Part shown: positions 7,254-16,905 of the stretch, one piece after another
Layout of the letters: every line of letters starts with the position of its first letter
How positions within the stretch are numbered: the stretch's first letter is position 1
Assembly (NCBI GenBank): GCA_044869705.1
Contig: JBIOXP010000115.1
Coordinates: 1-33,797 of the forward strand
Source: Candidatus Binatia bacterium
Lineage (GTDB): Bacteria > Desulfobacterota > Binatia > UBA9968
Length of the DNA stretch: 33,797 nucleotides
Reading direction: 5' to 3'
Notes under the pieces: generated by a model
What the model was told of the DNA's origin: nothing
What the model saw: the letters and a program-made list of their open reading frames with translations, nothing else
Database searches by the model: none
Program-made: the position numbers and the translations under genes

Positions 7254-7985
7254 ATGTTGAAGGCTAGCGTCATAGCAGGGCTGCTCTGCGTGAGTTTCGG
7301 CATCGCGAACGCACAGTACGTCGTCGTTTTAAAGAACGGGCGGCAACTGGTGGTGCAGAATTATCGCGAGGAAGGCAGCATGATCAAGTTTTCTGGCGCC
7401 GGCGGAGAAATCGGGATTAGCAAGGATCAGGTTCAAATGATTCGCCGCGCAGACGCCTCGGAGAGCGCGGCCGTGCCTGGCGTGTCATTAGATCGTCCGC
7501 CGCCATCAGCTGTCGCGGAAAGTCCGCCGACGCCGAGCGCACAGCCGGAGATGAAATCACCGGCTGTGGTTTCCGGCGACCAGCAGCAAGCCAAAAAGCG
7601 AGCACAAGAAGCCAAAGCCTATGAGGACCGGCTCAAAGACTTGACCGCACAACTGAAAGAATTGCGCGAGCGCTATTCTTTAATGACGCGAGGCAACCAG
7701 GGCCCCGAGCCGAGCTTTTTTACCACCGAAGAAGCCTTCAAAGGCCATCAGGAAGATTTGTTGTCACGACTTCGCGACGCGCAGAACAAAGCTCAAGGAC
7801 TGCCGCTCGGCGGCGCCGCGACATCGCCGCCATTTTCCCTCGACCCCCCGACAGCCTATTCCGACCGGCAAAAGCAGTTGAGCGACTTAAGAGCTCGCAT
7901 CAGTCAAGTCGAAAACGAGCGACAAAGCGTGATCGATGAGATGAGAGCAAAAGGATTCGAAGTCGGTTCGCTATTTTTGGAGTAA
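7254..7985 (+). CDS. Exported hypothetical protein (small N-terminal beta domain, Pro-rich linker, coiled coils)
   Basis: Signal peptide ending ANA|Q; VVLKNGRQL...ISKDQVQMI; heptad-rich segments. The stop overlaps the 3' end of aroQ. Confidence 0.75.
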   Translation: MLKASVIAGLLCVSFGIANAQYVVVLKNGRQLVVQNYREEGSMIKFSGAGGEIGISKDQVQMIRRADASESAAVPGVSLDRPPPSAVAESPPTPSAQPEMKSPAVVSGDQQQAKKRAQEAKAYEDRLKDLTAQLKELRERYSLMTRGNQGPEPSFFTTEEAFKGHQEDLLSRLRDAQNKAQGLPLGGAATSPPFSLDPPTAYSDRQKQLSDLRARISQVENERQSVIDEMRAKGFEVGSLFLE

Positions 7986-8414
7986 CTCCGCCGCAGCGCG
8001 TATTCCCAAGAGATAACTGTTCGCGCCGAACCCGGCGATCTGACCGACGGCCACTTCCGCCATGTAGGACTGATGCCGGAATGGCTCGCGCCGGTGAATA
8101 TTGGAAATGTGAATTTCGACGGTCGGAATTCCCACCGCCGAAATCGCGTCGCGCAGTGCCAGGCTGGTGTGCGTGTACGCCGCGGGGTTGATCACGAGAG
8201 CGCCGAATTTACCCGCCGCCTCGTGAATCCAATTAATCAATTCGGCCTCGCTGTTGGACTGGCGAAAGTCAATTTCGACACCAAGGTCCTTGGCGAGCGC
8301 GCGCACTTGCTGTTCGATGGCTGGTAAAGTGACCTTGCCATAAATCTCCGGCTCGCGGCTACCGAGCAGATTGAGATTGGGACCGTTCAACACCAGGATT
8401 TGCCTATTGGCCAT
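7971..8414 (-). CDS. aroQ: Type II 3-dehydroquinate dehydratase
   Basis: [46 protein letters not shown] 8414 has a GGAGAG SD (alternative start 8435). Confidence 0.97.
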   Translation of the reverse strand: MANRQILVLNGPNLNLLGSREPEIYGKVTLPAIEQQVRALAKDLGVEIDFRQSNSEAELINWIHEAAGKFGALVINPAAYTHTSLALRDAISAVGIPTVEIHISNIHRREPFRHQSYMAEVAVGQIAGFGANSYLLGIRAAAELLQK

Positions 8415-8442
8415 CGACTCTCCTCCGGCGGACATCCTCTCC

Positions 8443-9519
8443 CTACTTTCCTAATGCGGCCAAAACTTCCCTAGGCGAAAGCCAATGGAAACGAGTCTTC
8501 CCGATCCCTTCAGACATGACAAACTTGATTCTTCCCTCGGCTGCTTTTTTGTCCAGCTGGATAGCTTGAATCACGCTCTGCAGCGATACGCCGGCGGGAA
8601 TTTCGCTTGGCAATCCCGCCTCTGTGATGATCTTGAGAATGCGCTCAAAGCTTTGCTGATCACAGAAACCGAGCTGCATCGAGAGCATGGCAGCTTTGAC
8701 CATACCGACGGCCACGGCCTCGCCGTGGAGAAACTGCCGGTAATCGGTAGCCGCTTCCAACGCATGCCCAATCGTGTGCCCGAAGTTGAGCACGGCACGC
8801 TGATTTTCCTCGCGCTCGTCCATTTCCACGATTCGCGCCTTGATGGAACAAGACGTCACGATGATTCGCTGCAACAAATCGCGATCGAGCGCGACGATCT
8901 TTGTCAATTTTTTTTCCAGATCCCCAAAGAGCTGCGGATCCTCGATGATGCCATATTTGATCACCTCGGCGAGTCCCGCAAGGAGCTCTCGTTGGGGCAG
9001 TGAGGCGAGCACGTTGACGTCGATGAGAACGAGCTTCGGTTGATAAAAAGCGCCGATCAGATTTTTGCCGTTTTCATGGTTGACGCCGGTTTTGCCGCCG
9101 ACGCTTGAATCGACTTGAGCGAGCAATGTCGTGGGCACTTGGACATAGGGCACGCCGCGGAGATAAGTGGCCGCGGCAAACCCGGCGAGGTCGCCTATGA
9201 CACCACCGCCCAGCGCGAGCACAGATGATTTTCGCTCACATCTTTCGGCGATCAGCCGGTCGTAAATGGTCGTCAGTGATTTAGAGCTCTTGTGTTCCTC
9301 GCCATCGGGCACCAAGATCGGGACGACTTCAAAGCCGGCGTAATCGAGCGCGCCATGCACCGCATCGAGGTATAATTGTGCGACCGTCGGGTTTGTGACA
9401 ACGGCGACTTTGCCAGCCAATCCAGATTCCCGAAGCCGTTGGCCGAGGCTATCGAGAATACCGGCGCCGACATAGATGGGGTAAGAACGGTCGCCCAAAT
9501 TAACGTTTAGGGTTTCCAT
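8443..9519 (-). CDS. aroB: 3-dehydroquinate synthase
   Basis: [45 protein letters not shown]. Confidence 0.98.
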   Translation of the reverse strand: METLNVNLGDRSYPIYVGAGILDSLGQRLRESGLAGKVAVVTNPTVAQLYLDAVHGALDYAGFEVVPILVPDGEEHKSSKSLTTIYDRLIAERCERKSSVLALGGGVIGDLAGFAAATYLRGVPYVQVPTTLLAQVDSSVGGKTGVNHENGKNLIGAFYQPKLVLIDVNVLASLPQRELLAGLAEVIKYGIIEDPQLFGDLEKKLTKIVALDRDLLQRIIVTSCSIKARIVEMDEREENQRAVLNFGHTIGHALEAATDYRQFLHGEAVAVGMVKAAMLSMQLGFCDQQSFERILKIITEAGLPSEIPAGVSLQSVIQAIQLDKKAAEGRIKFVMSEGIGKTRFHWLSPREVLAALGK

Positions 9520-10126
9520 CCGGCGGTTTTTTTCTGACCTCGAGCATGCCGATAATTTTTTTTACCACCTGATCCACGGTTAGATTGCTGGTGTCGATCG
9601 TCACATGAGCCTGGGCATACCGCGATCCGCGCTGGCGCAGCAGAGCCTCGATTTTTTCCCGGCGATCGCTTCCTTGCAGAAGGGGTCTTTTGCTTGCATC
9701 ACCGGCCCTCGCAAGCAGAACATCCAACTCCGCGGAAAGCCCGATCAACAGCGCCTTGTCTCGGAGTATCTGGATATTTGCATCGTCGAGAATGACTCCG
9801 CCGCCGGTGGCGATCACCTGGTTATTCGCTTCCAGCACCGTCGTTAGCGCCTGTTTTTCCAGCTGGCGAAAGTATGCCTCGCCTTTCCGTTCAAAAATCT
9901 CTCGTACCTTGCTGCCTTCGGCTTTTTCGATGACTCGATCCAGATCGACGAAGCGCCGGCGCAGCCTTCTTGCCAATGTGCGACCAATCGCACTCTTTCC
10001 CACCGCCATGAACCCGATGAGTGCGATGTTTTTCTCCAATGTCTCGGACCGAGGTTCGTGACTTACCGCGGCATCCGACCTAAACCGCACCGCTTCCAAA
10101 CACCGCGTGACCACAAGTTTTGCCAC
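9500..10126 (-). CDS. aroK: Shikimate kinase
   Basis: IGFMAVGKS P-loop, GEAYFRQLE, ATGGG, RPLL. The start is uncertain (TTG at 10039 also plausible). Confidence 0.93.
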   Translation of the reverse strand: MAKLVVTRCLEAVRFRSDAAVSHEPRSETLEKNIALIGFMAVGKSAIGRTLARRLRRRFVDLDRVIEKAEGSKVREIFERKGEAYFRQLEKQALTTVLEANNQVIATGGGVILDDANIQILRDKALLIGLSAELDVLLARAGDASKRPLLQGSDRREKIEALLRQRGSRYAQAHVTIDTSNLTVDQVVKKIIGMLEVRKKPPDGNPKR

Positions 10127-10197
10127 GCCAGCGCAACATCCGCACTATTCGGTCACGACTTCGGCACTCCATACCTGCAGGCTCGGCGCGCATGGGG

Positions 10198-11394
10198 CTA
10201 ATAATTTTTAATTTGCTCCAGATAGTTCTCGTAATTACGCCGCACCTCGCGCAGGGAATCACCGCCGAATTTTTCCAGAAATGCCCGAGCGACCTCAAAC
10301 GCGACGACGGACTCCCCGACCACCGCTGCCGCCGGCGCCGCGCAAACATCCGAGCGCTCCACCGAAGCATCGGCAGGCTGCTTTGAGCGGAGATCCACCG
10401 ACTGCAAAGGACTCATCAAAGTCGAAATCGGCTTCATGGCCACCCTGGCGATCACCGGTGCGCCGTTGCTCATGCCGCCTTCCGTGCCTCCAGAGTTGTT
10501 GCTGCCGCGGTAAAAACCCGTCGGGACGACGCGCGGAGTCCCTTCGCTCACGTCTTTGCTCGGGTCGAAAAAGATCTCGTCGTGAACCTCCGACCCGCGT
10601 CGCCGTGCCATTTCGAAACCGAGCCCGATCTCTACGCCTTTCATGGCTTGGATGCTCATCAACGCACGAGCTAATCGTCCGTCGAGCTTGCGATCCCATT
10701 GGGTATGCGAACCCAATCCTGGAGGTAAACCGAGCACGACAACTTCGAAGATCCCGCCGAGCGTGTTGCCTTCTCTTTTACACTCCTCGATCAATGCGAT
10801 CATTTTTTCTTCGGCTTCTGGATCGGCAGTTCGGACCGGCGACTCTTCCGAGCGGGCGTAGATCTCATTGAAGGAAAGCCGATCGAGATTCGCCAGGACA
10901 TTGCCGATCGAGCGTATGTAGCCCATGATGCGGATCTCGAACGGGGCCAGCAGTTGTTTGGCGAAAGATCCAACCGCCGTTCGCGCCACGGTCTCGCGCG
11001 CGCTCGCTCGTTCGAGAATATCGCGAATATCCGAGCGATCGTATTTAAGCGCGCCGTTGAGGTCGGCATGTCCGGGACGCGGTTTGGTGACAGCGATTTT
11101 CTCGTCGCGGTCTTCGGGAAGCGCGGACATTTTCTTTGTCCAATTTTTCCAGTCCCGGTTCTCGATGCCCAGCGCCACGGGCGCGCCGATGGTTTCCCCC
11201 CAGCGAATCCCAGAACGGACTTGTGCTTCGTCTTTCTCGATCAACATTCGGCCGCCGCGTCCGTAGCCCTGCTGACGCCGCCAAAGATCATGATTAATTT
11301 TTTCGATTTGTATCGGAAAGCCCGCCGGCACCCCATCGATAACCATTGTGAGGCACGGCCCGTGTGATTCGCCCGCAGTCAAATAACGCAACAT
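10198..11394 (-). CDS. aroC: Chorismate synthase
   Basis: TAGESHG, RRQQGYGRGGRM, PRPGHAD, ERASARET, MKPISTL, ERSD. Confidence 0.98.
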   Translation of the reverse strand: MLRYLTAGESHGPCLTMVIDGVPAGFPIQIEKINHDLWRRQQGYGRGGRMLIEKDEAQVRSGIRWGETIGAPVALGIENRDWKNWTKKMSALPEDRDEKIAVTKPRPGHADLNGALKYDRSDIRDILERASARETVARTAVGSFAKQLLAPFEIRIMGYIRSIGNVLANLDRLSFNEIYARSEESPVRTADPEAEEKMIALIEECKREGNTLGGIFEVVVLGLPPGLGSHTQWDRKLDGRLARALMSIQAMKGVEIGLGFEMARRRGSEVHDEIFFDPSKDVSEGTPRVVPTGFYRGSNNSGGTEGGMSNGAPVIARVAMKPISTLMSPLQSVDLRSKQPADASVERSDVCAAPAAAVVGESVVAFEVARAFLEKFGGDSLREVRRNYENYLEQIKNY

Positions 11395-11428
11395 GCGGGG
11401 CTATCCTAGCGTAATAACTTACACCAGG

Positions 11429-13453
11429 CTAGGGGTTCCCCGGCTGCATAACCGCGACTGGTTGTCCGTTGGTTTTCTTCATCTGCTCGCGCCACAGTTG
11501 GTCGGCCGTTGGCAGGTTCTCCGAGCCGGCCGACGCGATCCGGGGTGTGATAAAGACGACCAGCTCTTCGAAGTCTTTCTGAATGCGCCAGTTTTTGAAC
11601 AACCAGCCGAGCACCGGAATGTCTTTTAGATATGGAATGCCGGCGGTGGAATTGTTGTCGGTGTCTTTGAGAATACCGCCGATGACAATGGTTTCACCGT
11701 CCTTCACTAGGACATTCGCTTCAGCTTCGCGATTGAGCTCGTCGAAGGGAACCACCGGCGAGCCTGTGCCGGCCGGCACGGTTGGCGAGTTTGCAATTGA
11801 GCTTGATTTCACTTTGATGTTCATGAGCACGAAACCATCGCTCGAAACCTGTGGGACCACGGTCAGATTGATCCCGACGTTAATTTTTTCCGTCGCCACC
11901 GCGGTTCCGGCTGCGGCGCCGCTGCCGCTGGCGATATTGGTCGAGCTTGGCAGCACGATCCGGAGAACGCGCTCGCTCTTAATGGTCGAGGGAATGTTAT
12001 TGAGCGTCACCACGGACGGCCGGGAAATAATCTTTACCAGGCCCTCATTTTCCGCGGCCGACAAAAGCCCCGCGACGTTGTTGCCAAAATAGCCGAAGCG
12101 AAACCCTGAATTTGGCACCGGCAATGCCGGTATGCTTACCGGAATACCCGCTGCCGATCCCGCGAACGGCGCGCCGGCGAGGAATCGTGAGCTCGTGATG
12201 ACCCGGCCATTGTTGAAAAGCGCATCGAGTTCCATTCCGAGAGATTGCGCAAACGTCGGTGTGGTTTCGACGAGGTTCGACTCGATCAGCACCTGGGACG
12301 TTCTCAGGTCGAATTTGCCCACCAACAAACTCACGTCGTCGATCGATGTTTGCACGTCGCGCACCATGATCGAGTTGCTGCGCTCGTCGATCACCAGTGC
12401 ATTATCCGCACGCTTGCTCATCAGCGGCCGAATCTTGGCTTCCAAGTCTTTGGCCTTGGCATAGTTCAGCGTAAAATAAACCGTCTGCATCGGCTCGAGA
12501 TCTTCTTTGGCTTTCTTCGCCGCAACCAATGCGTCCTTTTCCGCCTTGAGTGCTCCGGCCGTCGAGATCCGCACGACGTTGCCGATCTGTTCCTTATCGA
12601 GTCCGTTGGTTGCGATGAGCAAGTCCATCGCTTGGTCCCATGGCACTTCCACCAGACGCACCGTAACCCGGCGATTGACATCGTTGGTGACCACAATGTT
12701 CAAACCGCTGACTTCAGCGAGCAGACGAAATACATTTTTGATGTCGGCATCCTTGAAGTCGAGCGAGATCTTTTGACCCGTATAGGTCTTTTCGTTTGCG
12801 CGATCTTCGCCGGGCTGCAGTTTCCCCCGCGAATCACTGTTCGCACCGGTGTTTTTCTGCTGTACGTCCTGGCGTTGGCCGCCGCGGACCAGAACTACGT
12901 CACGTTTGACATTAATGGTGGGATCTAGTGCGCCAACGGTAATTTTTAATCCACCCTCTTCCGGAGCTACGGTATAGGCGGGAACGCTAGCGGCCGCGAT
13001 CTCCACGACCAGACGAAACGCCGTCTCGCCGGAGCTCAGCCGCAACGCCGACACGACGCTGGTATCAATCCGGAATAGCTCGTTGGATGGCGCCGCTTTC
13101 GCGCCGTCCAAGAGATCCAGTACGATCCGCGCCGGCTGCGGCAAAGTAAAATGGCGGTACTGGGTGATCGGTTGAGCAAATTTAATCAGCAGCGTCGTTT
13201 GTCCTTTTTCTTCGCGCACGCTCAGCTCTTGCACGCTCTGCATTCCAGTCGCCGTACCTGGTGGGATGCCGTTCGCCGGCATGGGGGACACCGGAGCTTG
13301 TGCGGCCGGTCGGATCGGCGCTTCTTTGCTCGTGGCACACCCGATGAGGCTGATCGCAGCCAAGGCGCAAATCAATCCGAACTCGAGGATTCGGAGTTGC
13401 GGATCGCGCCGCAGTTCAATATTTCGGGCAAGCATGTTCCTGCTTTTTATCAT
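11429..13453 (-). CDS. pilQ: Type IV pilus secretin PilQ
   Basis: AMIN-like domain (FTLPQPARIVLDL), YTGQKISLDFKDADIKNVFRLLAEVSGLN, VPWDQAMD, secretin core ETIVIGG..GIPYLKDIPVLGWLF..ELVVFITPRI. The start could be the second Met (13435). Confidence 0.95.
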   Translation of the reverse strand: MIKSRNMLARNIELRRDPQLRILEFGLICALAAISLIGCATSKEAPIRPAAQAPVSPMPANGIPPGTATGMQSVQELSVREEKGQTTLLIKFAQPITQYRHFTLPQPARIVLDLLDGAKAAPSNELFRIDTSVVSALRLSSGETAFRLVVEIAAASVPAYTVAPEEGGLKITVGALDPTINVKRDVVLVRGGQRQDVQQKNTGANSDSRGKLQPGEDRANEKTYTGQKISLDFKDADIKNVFRLLAEVSGLNIVVTNDVNRRVTVRLVEVPWDQAMDLLIATNGLDKEQIGNVVRISTAGALKAEKDALVAAKKAKEDLEPMQTVYFTLNYAKAKDLEAKIRPLMSKRADNALVIDERSNSIMVRDVQTSIDDVSLLVGKFDLRTSQVLIESNLVETTPTFAQSLGMELDALFNNGRVITSSRFLAGAPFAGSAAGIPVSIPALPVPNSGFRFGYFGNNVAGLLSAAENEGLVKIISRPSVVTLNNIPSTIKSERVLRIVLPSSTNIASGSGAAAGTAVATEKINVGINLTVVPQVSSDGFVLMNIKVKSSSIANSPTVPAGTGSPVVPFDELNREAEANVLVKDGETIVIGGILKDTDNNSTAGIPYLKDIPVLGWLFKNWRIQKDFEELVVFITPRIASAGSENLPTADQLWREQMKKTNGQPVAVMQPGNP

Positions 13454-13458
13454 TATCG

Positions 13459-14067
13459 CTACTCCGTTGAGAGTCGCATCGCGATATCGCGTTTTTTTCG
13501 CGCTCCATAAGCATCTTCATAAACTTCCTCGACAATGATCTGGTCGCGCCGGATTATCTTCACACGACCGTCATTACTGCCAATCGGAGTTCCAACTTTG
13601 ACGGTGTAGCCGAGGCCGGCGCTGTCCTCGACGATCGCTCGCGGCTCCTTGATATCCCAGACAATCCCGACGATCTTAAGTTGCCCGATGTCGAGGCGTT
13701 CGAGCGGCGATAGACTCTCACGTGAGCGCGACAGCGCAGTGGTTTTGAGCGTCATCGGACGGAAGGGATCGCGCCCCTCCGGTTTCATCACGTGCGCCGG
13801 CGGTGCAATTTCGGGTTTTTTCTGCGGCACCGTCATGTCGATCAGCTTGGATTCCGGCGCTGGCTTTTCACTCCCGGATAGCTGCTTTAGTTTCGTTGCC
13901 GCCGCATCGGTTAAACCCCGTAAACTCTGGCCAATGCTCGCCGGCACCTTGTTCAACTTGCCCGTAGCTTCTCTCATCTTACCCGACGGCAGCGGTTCTT
14001 CGGCGCCGTGGCTCAATGCGGCGAGGCTCAGACAAAGCACGATGACAATTTTCCTTGGCGAATGCAT
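13459..14067 (-). CDS. pilP: Type IV pilus assembly protein PilP
   Basis: GRDPFRP, SPLERLDIGQLKIVGI, VKVGTPIGSNDGRV; position between pilO and pilQ. Confidence 0.9.
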   Translation of the reverse strand: MHSPRKIVIVLCLSLAALSHGAEEPLPSGKMREATGKLNKVPASIGQSLRGLTDAAATKLKQLSGSEKPAPESKLIDMTVPQKKPEIAPPAHVMKPEGRDPFRPMTLKTTALSRSRESLSPLERLDIGQLKIVGIVWDIKEPRAIVEDSAGLGYTVKVGTPIGSNDGRVKIIRRDQIIVEEVYEDAYGARKKRDIAMRLSTE

Positions 14068-14072
14068 CGATC

Positions 14073-14696
14073 TTATTTCTTGGTTTTGGCCGCTTTCGCC
14101 TTCTCTTCGGCAATTTTCTTTCGCTCCACATCATCGAGAAAGCGAAACGCGGTAGCGACGCTGGTGGTCTCCAACACCACGTTGTCGCCACTGACGGTGG
14201 GATTCTTGAAGCCTATGTTATCGATGTTCACGAGCCGATCCATTCGTCCCACTTCATCAAAAAAACTCACCGTGTTGTGAAAAGTGCCTTTGACCGTAAT
14301 GTCCACCGGTACTTCCGCATAAAAGTCTTGATAGCTCTCGCCGCGCGGCCGAAACAGAAGAACATCAAGCCCCGACTGTTGGGCTTTGCTGGAAATGCTG
14401 CTCAGCAATTCGGGAATTTCCTTTTTCTCGGGTAACTGAGCTATCGCCTTTTTGAGCTCGGCATCGAGACGTTGCAGATCTTGACGCAGCCGCGATACGT
14501 TTGCTGCCTTTTGGGTCTTGACGGTTTTCTCGTTGCGCGCGATCTCCACACTATCGGCCAATTTCGCGATCTCGTCGGCTTTCGGGGCGAACAAAAAACT
14601 GTAGTAGAGCGCGACCATTAAAATCACAGTCACTGCGAGAATTGCGATTTTCTGCGCAGTCGAACGCTCTAGGATCGCGTCGAGGACTTGATTCAA
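14073..14696 (-). CDS. pilO: Type IV pilus assembly protein PilO
   Basis: TM, coiled coil, QLPEKKEIPELL, FYAEVPVDITVKGTFH...RLVNI; TTG start overlaps the pilN stop. Confidence 0.93.
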   Translation of the reverse strand: MNQVLDAILERSTAQKIAILAVTVILMVALYYSFLFAPKADEIAKLADSVEIARNEKTVKTQKAANVSRLRQDLQRLDAELKKAIAQLPEKKEIPELLSSISSKAQQSGLDVLLFRPRGESYQDFYAEVPVDITVKGTFHNTVSFFDEVGRMDRLVNIDNIGFKNPTVSGDNVVLETTSVATAFRFLDDVERKKIAEEKAKAAKTKK

Positions 14697-15304
14697 TGCT
14701 TCTCCTCTTTTTTTACGGCAACAGCCGCCGCGGGTGTGCTGCTCACGGGAATGGTTTCCGCCGGGCGATACACAATCGTTGTTTTAAGAGCGAACTTTTT
14801 CAATGTGGCGCTCGGGCCAGCGCCTTGAGTCGTTTCCACCAGCTCGACATCCTTAAAATACCTCGATTGCGCGATCGCCTTCATAAAGTCGGCGATCGTT
14901 TGATTGTCGGTGGCGAGCCCGTTCATCGTCAGGCTGCCGGCAGTTTCTTTGAAGTCCGTCAACCAAAGACTCGCGGGAATCGCGCTCGAAAGACTTTCCA
15001 TGACCAACACCGGCCCGCTCTTTTTCCTGTTCAGGTCTTCGATGATTTTGTTTTTGCTGCGGAAATCTTTGATTTTATTCTGCAGGTCGCCAACCTCTTT
15101 AACTTTTGCCGTCAGAGTTTGGAGTTCGGCGCGCAACGCCGAGAGTTCATTTTGCAGCTGTGAGAGCTCCCGCGATTGATAAACCAGCGCGCCGATCAAA
15201 AGCGCCGCTAAAGAGCCGAGAACGCACGAACCGATGATAATTTCGCGCCGGCGCGTGACCTCGGCTTGCAGCGCTTTGATCGGGAGTAAATTGACCCGAA
15301 TCAT
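14693..15304 (-). CDS. pilN: Type IV pilus assembly protein PilN
   Basis: N-terminal MIRVNLLP motif, TM, coiled coil, IPASLWLT. Confidence 0.93.
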   Translation of the reverse strand: MIRVNLLPIKALQAEVTRRREIIIGSCVLGSLAALLIGALVYQSRELSQLQNELSALRAELQTLTAKVKEVGDLQNKIKDFRSKNKIIEDLNRKKSGPVLVMESLSSAIPASLWLTDFKETAGSLTMNGLATDNQTIADFMKAIAQSRYFKDVELVETTQGAGPSATLKKFALKTTIVYRPAETIPVSSTPAAAVAVKKEEKH

Positions 15305-16401
15305 TTGTCTCCCGCGCGGCGAATTGACAATCCAGCGCCCACCGCAAAGTAGGGGGCCGCTTCCGTTAAAAACTCTCGATCGATGTTTTTGCTAATTGTG
15401 AAACGCCGGAACGGCTCGCTCAAACGCACCGGCACCGCCATGCGCTCCTCGAGTAAAGTTCGTAAGCCGGCGAGCTTCGCGCCGCCACCGCTGATGTAGA
15501 GCATCTTGAGACCATCGCCATCCTCGGACGAAAATCCGCCGTAGAGGCTTACGGTTCGCCTGATTTCCTCGGCAAGCTCTTCCGACATCGGACGCAGCGT
15601 TGATTCCAAGTTAAGACCGTTGTTGCCGTCCAAGATGGCGGTGGTCTTAAACGTTTCAGCGGCTTCTATCGAGATGCCGAGCTGGCTTGCCAGGCTGTCC
15701 GTGAAATAGGCTCCTCCGAGCGACAAGTCTCCGGTAAAAATTGAAATTCCGTTCTGCAGAAGTGTCATGCTCGTATACTGCGCGCCGATATGAATGATTC
15801 CGGTCACGCCGTGTTCGGCTTCACCCGCATAATTCGCTTCGTACATATTTTCCAAGGCGAAGTAATCGACGTCCATCACCATGGGCGTCAACCCAGCCTC
15901 TTCGATCGCATCGGCATAGCTGTTGATGATTTCTTTCTTCACCGCAACCAACAAAACTTCCATCTTGTTGCCGCCGTCGATTTCCTGCAGGACTTGATGA
16001 TCGAGATTGACGTTCTCGAGATTTTCCGGAATGACACTCTGTGCTTCGAATTCGATATTGGCTTCAAGTTCCGCGGGCTCTTGTTTAGGCATTTGCACTT
16101 TCTTCATAATGACCGCCCGCCCCGGCACGGCGGAAATCACCTGTGTGGATTTGACGCGGTTCTCACTGATGAGCTTGCGAATGCTTTCAACCACCGGTTT
16201 GGAGTCCACGACCATATTGTTCTGAATGGCATGATCGGGCAGCGGCAGAATACCCAGGCTGAGGATTCGATAACCATTTCGATCGACCGCGGCTTCGATC
16301 ATTTTGACCGAACTCGAGCCGATATCGAGCGCCACGTAGCCGTCCTTAGCGGCAAAAAGGTTTAGCCGCCCCGGACTAAAATTTTTCAGAAAAGCCAACA
16401 T
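15301..16401 (-). CDS. pilM: Type IV pilus assembly protein PilM
   Basis: Actin-like LDIGSSSVK, DVDYFALEN, SGGGAKL, AVGAGLSIR; heads pilMNOPQ. Confidence 0.95.
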   Translation of the reverse strand: MLAFLKNFSPGRLNLFAAKDGYVALDIGSSSVKMIEAAVDRNGYRILSLGILPLPDHAIQNNMVVDSKPVVESIRKLISENRVKSTQVISAVPGRAVIMKKVQMPKQEPAELEANIEFEAQSVIPENLENVNLDHQVLQEIDGGNKMEVLLVAVKKEIINSYADAIEEAGLTPMVMDVDYFALENMYEANYAGEAEHGVTGIIHIGAQYTSMTLLQNGISIFTGDLSLGGAYFTDSLASQLGISIEAAETFKTTAILDGNNGLNLESTLRPMSEELAEEIRRTVSLYGGFSSEDGDGLKMLYISGGGAKLAGLRTLLEERMAVPVRLSEPFRRFTISKNIDREFLTEAAPYFAVGAGLSIRRAGDK

Positions 16402-16402
16402 T

Positions 16403-16603
16403 TCAGCGTTTGAAAAGAGTCTGCTTTTGTTCGATCGTCAGCCCGAGAGCCAAGAGGATCTTGCGTTTGGTTGCCATGCGACAATCTTTGCCCTCTTCGA
16501 TTCGATTGAGAGTGAGCGGAGATATGCCCGCCAGCCGAGCTAACTCGGTCTTGCTGAGCATCTTCGCTTCGCGCATCTTCTTGACGCTGTTCTCGTGATC
16601 CAT
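16403..16603 (-). CDS. Small XRE/Cro-family helix-turn-helix protein
   Basis: NSVKKMREAKMLSKTELARLAGISPLTLNRIEEG; ends 1 nt before pilM. Confidence 0.9.
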   Translation of the reverse strand: MDHENSVKKMREAKMLSKTELARLAGISPLTLNRIEEGKDCRMATKRKILLALGLTIEQKQTLFKR

Positions 16604-16723
16604 CCCGCTGCTCTGAATTCACACTCTAGACGCGCATCGTTTAATGAGCTGCATGAGACAGCTCGGAGTCAACTAAAATTTGCATTAATTATGGCTAATT
16701 GTGGTAAGTCGTTGCGCTGTTAA

Positions 16724-16739
16724 AGCAAATTAATTGCCA
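16724..16739 (-). promoter_or_regulatory. Sigma54 (-24/-12) promoter upstream of HTH-pilMNOPQ
   Basis: Minus strand reads TGGCAATTAATTTGCT versus consensus TGGCAC-N5-TTGCW, with exact GG-N10-GC spacing. Confidence 0.7.
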
Positions 16740-16905
16740 TTGGCGCCTCGGGATGGAGCGGTTATTTGCTGAGTCAAATCAGGAAGATCCGAGAATTGAT
16801 CAAGCCATCCAGCGCCTACAGGTCGCCGTTGAACGACAGAATTGAACAGAAACGTTCGGCGCCCGTTAAGTTGCTTTTGCGCGTGCCCATCGGTACAAAT
16901 CAGCG

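Noticed and set aside
7971-16401. pilMNOPQ next to aro genes as a novelty
   Set aside because: The pilQ-aro linkage is a well-known conserved synteny.
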